This document shows positions 18,584 to 27,833 of a stretch of 64,000 nt of DNA, in pieces. Position numbers and translations under genes: made by a program. The first letter of the stretch is position 1, and the number at the start of each line of letters is the position of its first letter. The stretch is from contig CAZINZ010000002.1 in the NCBI GenBank assembly GCA_964540715.1, positions 9,630-73,629 on the forward strand. The letters run 5' to 3'. The notes under the pieces are model-generated. The model ran no database searches, was not told the origin of the DNA, and saw only the letters and a program-made list of their open reading frames with translations. This DNA is from an uncultured Syntrophaceae bacterium (GTDB lineage Bacteria > Desulfobacterota > Syntrophia > Syntrophales > UBA2210).

Positions 18584-20013
18584 TTGTCCTGACCCCTGAC
18601 CCCTGACCCCTGACCCCTGACTCCCTGACTCCCTGACCCCCGGGCTCTGAGCCTTTCCAGCAGTTCCACTCCCGTCTTCCATACATCTCCTGCGCCGAGT
18701 GTAATGATCACATCGCCCGGTTTCACTGATTCTGACAGGTGATCGACAATCTCCTTAAAACTTGAAAGATATATTACATCCCCATGGCCATGGTCCTTTA
18801 TGCCTTTTCCAAGATTCATGGAATGAACACCTTTTATTTCCTTTTCACACGCGGCATATATGTCCGTCAGTATCAGCGCATCGGCATCGTCAAAGGAATC
18901 CAGAAATTCATCAAACAAGGCCTTGGTGCGTGAATAGCGATGGGGCTGAAACACAACGACAAGCCGCCTGTCTTTCCATGCATTTTTCGCCGCTTCCAGC
19001 ACCGCCTTTATTTCAGTCGGATGATGACCATAATCATCAATCACTATAACACCGTCGGCCTCTCCCTGGATATCCAGTCGACGGTGTACCCCTTTATACG
19101 CGCTGAGACCTTCCTTTATCGTAGAAAATTCCATTCCCAGCTCAAGAGATACAGCCACGGCGGCCATTGAATTGTAAACATTGAACAGGCCCGGAACCTG
19201 CATCTCTACTTCACCGAGCAGCGCTTCTCTGCGGTAGAGAGAAAATCGTGATGTCAGGCCATTGAAGGATATATCGGTCGCCCTGAAATCGGCATCGTTA
19301 TGCACCCCGTAGGTAACGACTTTTCTCTTTATCCGCGGCAATATATCCCTTACATTATCACAATCTCCGCACAGGATAGCGGCCCCGTAAAAAGGGACCG
19401 AGTTAGCGAATTTCAGAAAGGCATCCTTGATCTCTCCTATTCCGGGATAATAATCCAGATGTTCACGATCTATATTCGTAATCACGGCGATGTACGGGTT
19501 CAGTTGAAGGAATGAACCATCGCTCTCATCGGCCTCGGCAACGATAATATCCCCCTCGCCCAACCTTGCGTTGCTTCCGATGCTGTCCAGTCTTCCCCCT
19601 ATCACCATCGTAGGATCAAGGCCGCCATGTGCAAGCACGGTTGAAATCATGGAAGTTGTTGTCGTCTTTCCGTGACTGCCCGACACGGCTATGGAATATT
19701 TCATTTTCAGGAGTTCAGCGAGCATCTCGGCCCTCGGAATTACCGGAATATTTCTGCGGTGAGCCTCCATTACCTCCGGGTTGCTCTCACCGACCGCTGT
19801 TGATTTCACTACCACATCGGCATCGATGAGATTTGATGGTTTGTGGCCTCGACAAATCGTGGCACCGAGCGATTCCAGCCTCGAAGTGATATCGGACATC
19901 TCAATATCAGACCCGCTGATCGTATAGCTCAGATTCAGCAGGACTTCGGCGATACCACTCATCCCGATACCGCCTATCCCGACAAAGTGTATATGTTTTA
20001 CTCGTCTATACAT
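18580..20013 (-). CDS. murC: UDP-N-acetylmuramate--L-alanine ligase with a repeat-encoded C-terminal tail
   Basis: HFVGIGGIGMSGIAE, VSGSHGKTTTTSM. The tail RARGSGSQGVRGQGSGVRGQDK is encoded by the heptamer array. Confidence 0.95.
   Translation of the reverse strand: MYRRVKHIHFVGIGGIGMSGIAEVLLNLSYTISGSDIEMSDITSRLESLGATICRGHKPSNLIDADVVVKSTAVGESNPEVMEAHRRNIPVIPRAEMLAELLKMKYSIAVSGSHGKTTTTSMISTVLAHGGLDPTMVIGGRLDSIGSNARLGEGDIIVAEADESDGSFLQLNPYIAVITNIDREHLDYYPGIGEIKDAFLKFANSVPFYGAAILCGDCDNVRDILPRIKRKVVTYGVHNDADFRATDISFNGLTSRFSLYRREALLGEVEMQVPGLFNVYNSMAAVAVSLELGMEFSTIKEGLSAYKGVHRRLDIQGEADGVIVIDDYGHHPTEIKAVLEAAKNAWKDRRLVVVFQPHRYSRTKALFDEFLDSFDDADALILTDIYAACEKEIKGVHSMNLGKGIKDHGHGDVIYLSSFKEIVDHLSESVKPGDVIITLGAGDVWKTGVELLERLRARGSGSQGVRGQGSGVRGQDK
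18588..18633. repeat. tandem heptamer/octamer array (CCTGACC)3-CCTGACT-CCCTGACT-CCCTGACC; GGGTCAG on the coding strand
   Basis: Read directly from the sequence. It lies inside the 3' end of murC and 5 nt upstream of the murB start. Confidence 0.9.
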
Positions 20014-21148
20014 TATGTGTATCCTCTGATCCCTGATCCCTAATTCCTGATCCCCGGCCCACTATTGCCATACACTCATCAACGATACGCTCTGCCGCCT
20101 TTATATTTCCCAGTCTTTCGGATTTCTTTTCCATCCCATCTATTGTCTCCGGGCTGTCTGAAAGCCTCCTGATAACCCCGGCAAGGGTTCTCCCGTCAAG
20201 GGCATCCTCAAGGATCATCTCGGCCGCGCCCGCATCTGCCAGCACGCGCGCGTTCAGCTCCTGGTGATTTCCGATCGCGAACGGGAAGGGGATAAGTACA
20301 GACGCCTTTCCACTCGCGGTTATTTCGGCAATGGATGTCGCACCCGCCCTGCATATCAATAGATCAGCTGAACCATACGCCGAAGACATGTCGGTAATGA
20401 AGGGATGCACTCTCGAATCCATCCCAAATTCATGATAGACGGCGGATACTTCATCGAAGTCTTCCTTCCCCGTTTGATGGGTAATCGTCAGTCTGTCCCG
20501 CATGTCCTCCAGATATTCCATAGCTCCCACAACCGCTCCGTTGATGGCCCGTGCCCCCTGACTTCCTCCGAATATCAGAATGGAAAATTTATTCCCTTCC
20601 TTTCGGAATCTTTTTATGCCCTTTATAAATTCCCTCCTCACAGGGTTCCCTGTTACTACAACCTTCCCGTCAGCAAAACACCCTTCCCTGTCGGGGAACG
20701 AGACAAATATTTTATCCACAAACCGGCCGAGCTTCCTGTTCGTATAACCGGGAAGGGCATTCTGTTCCGCAATTGCCGTTTTGATACCCATAAAATGGGC
20801 GGCTATCACCGCCGGCCCTGATGCATAGCCCCCTACCCCCAACACAATATCGGGACGGAGTTTGCGTATGATAGAAACCGACTGCATAATGCTCCTCGGA
20901 ATCTTCAGGAAACTGGCTATCATCTTTACCGCGTCTTTGCCCTTAACCCCCTCCACATTTATCGTATATAGTGTAAAGCCCCTATCGGGGAGAATCCTGG
21001 ATTCCAGCCCCCTTTCAGTCCCAATAAAGAGGACATCTGCCACATACGGTCTTTCCAGAAACTCGTCGGCAATTGCCACGGCGGGAAATACATGCCCACC
21101 AGTACCTCCGCCCGCTATAATAACCCTGATGCCCCTCTCCATACTCAT
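20006..21148 (-). CDS. murG: undecaprenyldiphospho-muramoylpentapeptide beta-N-acetylglucosaminyltransferase
   Basis: IIAGGGTGGHVFPAVA and GGSQGA. The C-terminal tail GSGIRDQGSEDTHNV is repeat-encoded and overlaps the murC start by 8 nt. Confidence 0.95.
   Translation of the reverse strand: MSMERGIRVIIAGGGTGGHVFPAVAIADEFLERPYVADVLFIGTERGLESRILPDRGFTLYTINVEGVKGKDAVKMIASFLKIPRSIMQSVSIIRKLRPDIVLGVGGYASGPAVIAAHFMGIKTAIAEQNALPGYTNRKLGRFVDKIFVSFPDREGCFADGKVVVTGNPVRREFIKGIKRFRKEGNKFSILIFGGSQGARAINGAVVGAMEYLEDMRDRLTITHQTGKEDFDEVSAVYHEFGMDSRVHPFITDMSSAYGSADLLICRAGATSIAEITASGKASVLIPFPFAIGNHQELNARVLADAGAAEMILEDALDGRTLAGVIRRLSDSPETIDGMEKKSERLGNIKAAERIVDECMAIVGRGSGIRDQGSEDTHNV
20023..20055. repeat. degenerate tandem heptamers CCTCTGAT-CCCTGAT-CCCTAAT-TCCTGAT-CCCC
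   Basis: Read directly from the sequence. It lies in the 3' end of murG, immediately upstream of the murC start (20013). Confidence 0.7.
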
Positions 21149-21151
21149 CGC

Positions 21152-22291
21152 CTAAGACCGGTCATCCGCCTCCCCGCTCCGCTGTTCCCGTCGGGAAGAT
21201 ATATTCAGCAGCATCCCGACAGCCATCATGCATACAATCAGCGATGTGCCACCGTAGCTGAGAAACGGAAGCACCAGCCCCTTCGTAGGAACCAGCCCCA
21301 TAACTGCCGCCATATTTATGAATGCCTCAAGTGCGATAGTCGTGGTTAATCCAAAGGCCAGCAGCATTCCGAACAGATCCGTGCAGTTAAAAGAAATCGC
21401 GTAACCACGAAAGACAAGGATGCTGAACAACACAATAACAACTACAACTCCGATAAAACCACCCTCTTCTGCAATTACCGAAAGTATGAAATCGGTATGC
21501 GGCTCTGGAAGATAAAAAAGCTTTTGCATACTTTTTCCAAGTCCGACTCCGAAGGCACCGCCAGAGCCGAAGGAAATAAACGATTGTATTATCTGAAATC
21601 CTGTCTTGGTCGGATCTTCCCATGGATTTAGAAACGACATAATTCTCTGCATGCGGTAACTTTCATGGATAATCAGAGCCACTCCCACGGGGATTACGAC
21701 CGCTGCAAGACCTGCAAGATACAAAATCCTGCTACCCGCAAGATAAAGCATGAGCATAAACACTGTAATCATGATGGCAGCAGCGCCAAAATCCGGTTGA
21801 CACAGGACAAGACCGACAATTATAAACATTATTATCAACGGAACCGCAAAAACGCGTGAAAACTCCTTTATGTACCCTATTTTCTTTGTAAGATAATGAG
21901 CCAGAAATACAACCAGCATGATCTTTACCATTTCGGAGACCTGAAAAGGCATATATCCCGTGCGAAGCCACCTCGTGGCACCGCCGGCCTCTACCCCGAA
22001 ACCCGGAATAATAACCAGGATCAGCAGAACTATGGATATAAGCACGCCGGGATAAGCCACCATTTTCCAATGCCGATAGGGTAATCTGGACACTACCGTC
22101 ATTACGAGCATCCCGAGCAAAACAAGCAATATCTGCTTCTTGATATAATGGTATCCGTCGCCAAATTTCTCTGTGGCAATTATGGAACTCGAGCTGTATA
22201 TCATCACCGTCCCGATGACAATCAGCATTATTGTAACGGTAAAAAGCGTGATGTCCATTCTGCCAACCATTATTGAAGTCCGTCTGCCCAT
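21152..22291 (-). CDS. ftsW: peptidoglycan glycosyltransferase FtsW (SEDS family)
   Basis: 10-TM SEDS protein (LPEPHTDFILSVIAEEGG) in the murD-ftsW-murG position. The exact start is uncertain (Met 1, 8 or 12). Confidence 0.9.
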   Translation of the reverse strand: MGRRTSIMVGRMDITLFTVTIMLIVIGTVMIYSSSSIIATEKFGDGYHYIKKQILLVLLGMLVMTVVSRLPYRHWKMVAYPGVLISIVLLILVIIPGFGVEAGGATRWLRTGYMPFQVSEMVKIMLVVFLAHYLTKKIGYIKEFSRVFAVPLIIMFIIVGLVLCQPDFGAAAIMITVFMLMLYLAGSRILYLAGLAAVVIPVGVALIIHESYRMQRIMSFLNPWEDPTKTGFQIIQSFISFGSGGAFGVGLGKSMQKLFYLPEPHTDFILSVIAEEGGFIGVVVVIVLFSILVFRGYAISFNCTDLFGMLLAFGLTTTIALEAFINMAAVMGLVPTKGLVLPFLSYGGTSLIVCMMAVGMLLNISSRREQRSGEADDRS

Positions 22292-23670
22292 ATCCCCTGA
22301 TCCTTTTGAGCCTTATCACAACCCATTTGATCAACCATGTCCTTGAATACAATCCCCCGCTCCTCATAATTTTTGAATTCATCAAAACTTGAGCAGCCAG
22401 GCGACATCAACACAATGTCGCCGGATAGCGAATTATCGCGGGCCATCTTGACGGCATCCTTCAGGTTGGCCGCAATCTCAGTCTTGGCGATTCCACCGAT
22501 AATGGCATCAATCTTTTTCCCGGCTTCACCGAAAACGATCAGCGTTTTGACCTTTTCTACTATAAGTTTCGCAAGTATTCCAAAGTCACCACCCTTGTAT
22601 CTGCCACCCACAAGTAGCACCACAGGACCGGAAAATGACTCAAGCGCCCTGTGAACCGCGTCCACGTTGGTTCCTTTGGAATCATTGTAATACTCCACAC
22701 CATCTACTGTTCCTGCAAATTCTATCCTGTGCGGGATACCGGAAAACGCACCCAATACATCGATAATCTCTCTGCGTGAACACCCGCACATCCTCGATGC
22801 GAGCACTGCGGCCATCACATTCTCCAAATTGTGAGTGCCCTTCAATCTTATCGACCGGATGGGATATGCTTCCTCCAGTCCGGCAGAGCGGTATCTCAGA
22901 AACTCGCCATCAATGAACATCCCCTCCTTCAACCTTACCGATGAGCTGAAACATGATATATGTGCGGCTGACAGCCTCCTCGAAAGATCTGTTGATACCG
23001 GGTCATCTGCATTCAGAATGGCAAGGTCCCCTTCCCCCTGACAAGCGAATATCCGTTCCTTAACAGACCGGTATTCTTCAAGTGATCCGTGATAATCAAG
23101 GTGGTCAGAACTGACATTCAGGAGCACCGCGATAAACGGGTGAAAATCCCTGACCCACTGCAACTGGAAACTGCTCACTTCTATTACCGCATAATCGTCT
23201 TCCTGCGGGCCGTTCACATACGATATGAGCGGATTGCCAATATTGCCGCCTACAAAAACCTTTTTGCCGCAATGCTCAAGTATCCTGCCAAGCAGACTGG
23301 TCGTGGTTGTTTTCCCATTTGTGCCGGTAATCGCGATAACCGGTTTTTTCAAAAACCTGGATGCAAGTTCCAACTCGCTCAAAATCGGAATTCCGATTTT
23401 CCGGCCCTCGGAGAGCAGAAAGTTAAATGGTGAAACGCCCGGTGAAGGCACAATCATGTCCGTGCGTGAAAGAACACCCGTATCATCCTGCCCGATGCAC
23501 AGCTCCACATCCGCCAGCCCAATAAAGGCCTCAGTGACATCTTCAAGCTCGGAAGCCGGTTTTTCATCGGTAATCATAACCCTGGCACCCTTCTCAAGCA
23601 GAAACCAGACCGTCGACACGCCCGTTCTGCCGAGACCGATCACCAGAATTCTCTTTCCGCTTAGATCCAT
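22270..23670 (-). CDS. murD: UDP-N-acetylmuramoylalanine--D-glutamate ligase
   Basis: MDLSGKRILVIGLGRTGVS and ITGTNGKTTTTSL. The start was moved to ATG 23670. Confidence 0.9.
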   Translation of the reverse strand: MDLSGKRILVIGLGRTGVSTVWFLLEKGARVMITDEKPASELEDVTEAFIGLADVELCIGQDDTGVLSRTDMIVPSPGVSPFNFLLSEGRKIGIPILSELELASRFLKKPVIAITGTNGKTTTTSLLGRILEHCGKKVFVGGNIGNPLISYVNGPQEDDYAVIEVSSFQLQWVRDFHPFIAVLLNVSSDHLDYHGSLEEYRSVKERIFACQGEGDLAILNADDPVSTDLSRRLSAAHISCFSSSVRLKEGMFIDGEFLRYRSAGLEEAYPIRSIRLKGTHNLENVMAAVLASRMCGCSRREIIDVLGAFSGIPHRIEFAGTVDGVEYYNDSKGTNVDAVHRALESFSGPVVLLVGGRYKGGDFGILAKLIVEKVKTLIVFGEAGKKIDAIIGGIAKTEIAANLKDAVKMARDNSLSGDIVLMSPGCSSFDEFKNYEERGIVFKDMVDQMGCDKAQKDQGIWADGLQ

Positions 23671-23733
23671 GAATATGCACCAACTCTTGACCTTATTACA
23701 AATGCACCCACCCGCAACTCCAGGCTGTCCCAA

Positions 23734-24813
23734 TTACCTGAGCTTCAACGTGCTTATGGCGATTAGCGCAAGGATAATGGAAATAATCCAGAAACGCACA
23801 ATCACCTTTGGCTCCGCCCATCCCTTCAATTCGAAATGGTGATGAATGGGCGCCATCCTGAAGATGCGATTTCCGTTCGAGACCTTGAACCACCCCACCT
23901 GAAAAATGACGGAAATGGTTTCAATTACAAACACCCCCCCTACTATCGCGAGGAGTATCTCCTGCTTAGTAATAACGGCTATCGTACCCAGGGCGCCTCC
24001 GAGAGAGAGTGAACCCACGTCCCCCATGAAGATTTGAGCCGGGTAGGTATTGTACCAGAGAAAACCGATACCAGCTCCGACCATGGCGCCGCAAAAGACC
24101 GCAAGTTCTCCCACCCCAGCCACATATGGAATCTGGAGATACCCGGACAACTTTATATTCCCTGCAAAATATGCGAAGAGAAGATATGTTGCGAAGCATA
24201 TAGTTACCGGGCTTATGGCAAGACCGTCAAGGCCGTCTGTAAGATTCACGGCGTTTGCCGCCCCTACAATAATAAACGTGGAAAGGACAATATAACCCCA
24301 CCCAAGATCCGGGAGAACTGTCTTAAAAAACGGCACAGTGAGGTTCGAGCTGAAATCCGGGTTCTGGTACAAGACAATACTCACAAAAAACGCTAACGTA
24401 ATCTCCGCGACAAGCCTGACTCTTCCCGGAACCCCCATGCTGCTCCTGGATATCAACTTACGGTAATCATCAAGCAAACCGATGAGCCCGAACCCCACCG
24501 TCACCATGAGTGCAATCCAGACATAATCCACGTTGAGCTTTGCCCAGAGAAGTGTTGACACGACAACAGAAAAGATGACAAGGATGCCACCCATTGTGGG
24601 CGTCCCCTCTTTCGAAAGGTGAGAGTCGGGACCATCACTGCGTATGGGTTGTTCCACGCTGAGGGAGTGAAGTTTACCGATCACCCAGGGACCGAGGATA
24701 AAACAGATGGCCAGGCCGGTTATCGCGGCATATATCGTCCTGAAGGTGATATAGCGAAATACATTAAGCCACGAATATGTATCGCTCAATGAATATAAGA
24801 AGTGGTAGATCAT
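23734..24813 (-). CDS. mraY: phospho-N-acetylmuramoyl-pentapeptide transferase
   Basis: [13 protein letters not shown] and [13 protein letters not shown]. The start was moved to ATG 24813 (MIYHFLYSL). Confidence 0.95.
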   Translation of the reverse strand: MIYHFLYSLSDTYSWLNVFRYITFRTIYAAITGLAICFILGPWVIGKLHSLSVEQPIRSDGPDSHLSKEGTPTMGGILVIFSVVVSTLLWAKLNVDYVWIALMVTVGFGLIGLLDDYRKLISRSSMGVPGRVRLVAEITLAFFVSIVLYQNPDFSSNLTVPFFKTVLPDLGWGYIVLSTFIIVGAANAVNLTDGLDGLAISPVTICFATYLLFAYFAGNIKLSGYLQIPYVAGVGELAVFCGAMVGAGIGFLWYNTYPAQIFMGDVGSLSLGGALGTIAVITKQEILLAIVGGVFVIETISVIFQVGWFKVSNGNRIFRMAPIHHHFELKGWAEPKVIVRFWIISIILALIAISTLKLR

Positions 24814-24883
24814 AGATCCGTCCTCCCGGTCACACCCGCAAGAAGGGGTGAAATATGGTCCTCTCTCCATGCAGGGTTAGTCT

Positions 24884-26302
24884 TCAACCAAACTCCTCCA
24901 TTATTGCGTGGTGAAATTCCTCCATTTTCATACTCCTCGATCCTTTTATCAGGACCCAGTCTCCTTCACCCAATAACGAATGGAGAGTTTCCAATATACC
25001 GTCCGGTGTTTCGGCAAAATATATATGGTCCTCCCTGAACCCTTTTTCGATAGCGCCCCTCGCCACAGCTCCGGCAAAATCTCCCCTGAGGAATATACTG
25101 CCCGCGCCGGTATCAGCCATCGCCCTTCCTATCTCTTCGTGCAGCCTTTCAGACTCTTTGCCCAGCTCGAGCATATCTCCAAAGATAACAATACTCTTAT
25201 TCTTTCCCTTTAAATCGTTCAACGTCTTAAGGGCTGCCATTGTCGAGGCGGGATTGGCGTTGTATGTGTCATCAATAACGACCGCTCCATCCTTCAGCGT
25301 GTATACATTCATACGTCCCGGTATCTTCTGCCTGAATGCAGACAATCCTTCACAAATCAGATCATATTCAATATCCATGGCGCAGCAGGTCGCCGCGCAG
25401 GCCAGGGCATTGTATATATTGTGTCTGCCGACAACGGTCATATCTATCCCTTTGCCTGTTTCCCCTATCTTTAGGGTAAAACTTACACCCCCCTCATTTC
25501 TCCTGAATATTCGTTCAGCGCGGACAAACGCGTTTTCATCGATACCGAAACTTATGTTTCTACCCATCCATTGATCCGCCAGTATCCTTGAAAATTCATC
25601 GTCTCTGTTGATAATTGCCACTCCATCCTCTCTCAGATTAAAAAAGAGTTTCCCTTTCTCCACCATTACTGCATCCACAGATCCAAATCCCTCGAGATGA
25701 GCGGGCCCTATATTGGTGATAACACCTATATCCGGCCCGGCGATGGCCGCAAGCCTTTCTATCTCACCTTTTCTGCTGGTTCCCATCTCGACTACAGCCA
25801 TTTCATGTTCGGCGTTCATCTCAAGCAGACTGAGGGGAAGCCCCACAAGATTATTATAATTCCCCTTGCTCTTTAAGACGTTTGCGGAAAGCCCCGCCAC
25901 CGTGGCTATCATCTCTTTTGTTGTTGTCTTGCCGGAGCTTCCTGTTACCGCCACAACTGGGATGGTGAACTTGTTTCTCCATAAATTGGCTATATCGCCC
26001 AGCGCACGCAAGGTATCGTCAACAAGAACCACTGAAACATCACTCGATACTATATCTGTTGTCTCCATCCTGCCCCTTTGAACCAGCAGGCCGGTTGCGC
26101 CGTTTTTTATCGCGTCCGGGACAAAACTGTGTCCGTCAAATCTCTCACCCGCGAGAGGGATAAAGAGATTCCCTCCGATTACCTCCCTTGAATTCGTAGA
26201 TAATCCTTCGAAAACACTATCAGGATTCCCCGTTACAAGCGTTCCTTCTGTTGCTGCCACTACTTCTTTCATCTTCAAAACAGGCGACTTCATGGTTTTC
26301 AA
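24884..26302 (-). CDS. murF: UDP-N-acetylmuramoyl-tripeptide--D-alanyl-D-alanine ligase
   Basis: AVTGSSGKTTTKEM; Mur ligase central and C-terminal domains. ATGA overlap with the murE stop. Confidence 0.9.
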   Translation of the reverse strand: MKTMKSPVLKMKEVVAATEGTLVTGNPDSVFEGLSTNSREVIGGNLFIPLAGERFDGHSFVPDAIKNGATGLLVQRGRMETTDIVSSDVSVVLVDDTLRALGDIANLWRNKFTIPVVAVTGSSGKTTTKEMIATVAGLSANVLKSKGNYNNLVGLPLSLLEMNAEHEMAVVEMGTSRKGEIERLAAIAGPDIGVITNIGPAHLEGFGSVDAVMVEKGKLFFNLREDGVAIINRDDEFSRILADQWMGRNISFGIDENAFVRAERIFRRNEGGVSFTLKIGETGKGIDMTVVGRHNIYNALACAATCCAMDIEYDLICEGLSAFRQKIPGRMNVYTLKDGAVVIDDTYNANPASTMAALKTLNDLKGKNKSIVIFGDMLELGKESERLHEEIGRAMADTGAGSIFLRGDFAGAVARGAIEKGFREDHIYFAETPDGILETLHSLLGEGDWVLIKGSRSMKMEEFHHAIMEEFG

Positions 26303-27816
26303 CGCCCACCTTTCGACCTGCGATCGGAAAGGGCCTCCCGTGCGATTATCCTGTCATCAAAAGGGAATTTCCTCGTTCCCATGATCTGATAATCTTCATG
26401 ACCCTTCCCCGCGACTAATATAACATCAGATTCGCCGGCTACGGATACCGCCAGTTCTATGGCACTTCTCCTGTCAGCAACAATCACATAACCTTTTTCA
26501 TTGAACCCATTAATGATATCGTCAGGGGAGTACTTGTTCGAATCTGCATCAATCCCCATCTCTATTTCATTTATGATCCCCAAGGGATCTTCCGTCCTCG
26601 GATTGTCCGAAGTGATTATGGCCAGATCACTCAAGCCGGTCGCTATTTTACCCATAACAGGTCTCTTCGTGCGATCTCTGTCACCCCCGCATCCAAAAAC
26701 CGCTATGATCCTGCCCTCTCTAAAATCAGACAGATTTTCAAGCACCTTTTCCAGAGCGTCTCCGGTATGAGCATAATCCACAAATACCGAAGGTTCACCG
26801 GCTTCACTCACTCTTTCCAGACGACCTGGGACGATTTTCAGTGCGCCTACACCGGATTGGATATATTCCTCCGGTATCCCGAGCGAGATGGCTGCCGCCA
26901 CCGCAGCGAGAATGTTGTAGAGATTGAATTTCCCAACCATGGCGGACGATACCTGAAATCCATCATCCTGCCCTTCTATCTTCGCATTCATTCCATCCAT
27001 GGAGTGGGTGACATCGGAGGGTGACACATCACACGATCTCTCCATGCCAAATGCAACCTTCGGCATTTTTATCTCATCAAGGAGTCTCGCTCCCCACGGA
27101 TCATCACCATTAACAATCGCTGCTCCCCCACCCATCACATCCGTAAAAAACCTTTTTTTCGCCAGGAAATATTCCTCCATGGTGTGATGATAATCAAGAT
27201 GCTCTCTCGAAAGATTCGTAAATATACCGACATCATACTTACATTCATCAATCCTTTTCAGGTCAATCGCGTGAGACGAAACCTCCATCACGACATGAGT
27301 CACTCCCGCATCAACCATTTCCCTCAGCATTCTGTGGAGGTCAAGCGACTCTGGAGTCGTATGTGATGCGGGAAACTGCTTTCCATCATATCTGTAATTT
27401 ACCGTCCCGGTAACTCCGGTACAAAACCCGGCCGATTTCAAAATAGACTCGAGAAGATAGGCTACCGTCGTCTTTCCATTTGTCCCTGTGACCCCAATCA
27501 TGCAGAGGTCGCGGGCGGGGTTGCCGTAAAAATTCTTTCCCAGCCTGCCCAACGCGAGGCGACTGTCTTTCACCCTTATGAAGGTCGCCCCCGGTTCAGT
27601 TAAAATGATTTCTTCATCATGTACAATATAGCCCGCTCCACTTTTCACCGCGTCGCGCACGAAATCATGGCCGTTGAACTCCGCTCCGTCAATCGCAACA
27701 AAGACGGATCCCTTCCCGCATTTTCTGGAGTCATAGCAAATATCAGAAGCTTCACCGGTATCGTCTCCCGATATTCTCAGGACATCGATTCCATTCAGCA
27801 AACGTGAAAGTTTCAT
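26299..27816 (-). CDS. murE: UDP-N-acetylmuramoyl-L-alanyl-D-glutamate--2,6-diaminopimelate ligase
   Basis: GVTGTNGKTTVAYL. The DNPR motif (TSDNPRTEDP) indicates meso-DAP specificity. Confidence 0.95.
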   Translation of the reverse strand: MKLSRLLNGIDVLRISGDDTGEASDICYDSRKCGKGSVFVAIDGAEFNGHDFVRDAVKSGAGYIVHDEEIILTEPGATFIRVKDSRLALGRLGKNFYGNPARDLCMIGVTGTNGKTTVAYLLESILKSAGFCTGVTGTVNYRYDGKQFPASHTTPESLDLHRMLREMVDAGVTHVVMEVSSHAIDLKRIDECKYDVGIFTNLSREHLDYHHTMEEYFLAKKRFFTDVMGGGAAIVNGDDPWGARLLDEIKMPKVAFGMERSCDVSPSDVTHSMDGMNAKIEGQDDGFQVSSAMVGKFNLYNILAAVAAAISLGIPEEYIQSGVGALKIVPGRLERVSEAGEPSVFVDYAHTGDALEKVLENLSDFREGRIIAVFGCGGDRDRTKRPVMGKIATGLSDLAIITSDNPRTEDPLGIINEIEMGIDADSNKYSPDDIINGFNEKGYVIVADRRSAIELAVSVAGESDVILVAGKGHEDYQIMGTRKFPFDDRIIAREALSDRRSKGGR

Positions 27817-27833
27817 CCCGCGCCTCCCTCTTT

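Noticed and set aside
18588-18633. Possible CRISPR or other spacer-containing array
   Set aside because: The units are 7-8 nt and directly abut each other without spacers. This is a simple tandem repeat, not a CRISPR array.
17630-18682. Long form of murB starting at 18682, with a 33-aa Gly/Ser/Gln N-terminal extension
   Set aside because: The extension is just the heptamer array read in a second open frame, and the array is stop-free in all sense frames. The conserved MurB sequence begins at the Met at 18583, which overlaps the murC stop.
21732-22385. 217-aa minus-strand ORF overlapping ftsW and the murD 3' end in another frame
   Set aside because: It lies wholly inside well-supported ftsW and murD coding sequence. 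The product has no recognisable features. It is an alternative-frame artefact.
23225-23842. 205-aa plus-strand ORF antisense to murD/mraY
   Set aside because: It is a Ser/Pro-rich antisense shadow of strongly supported genes, with no start context.
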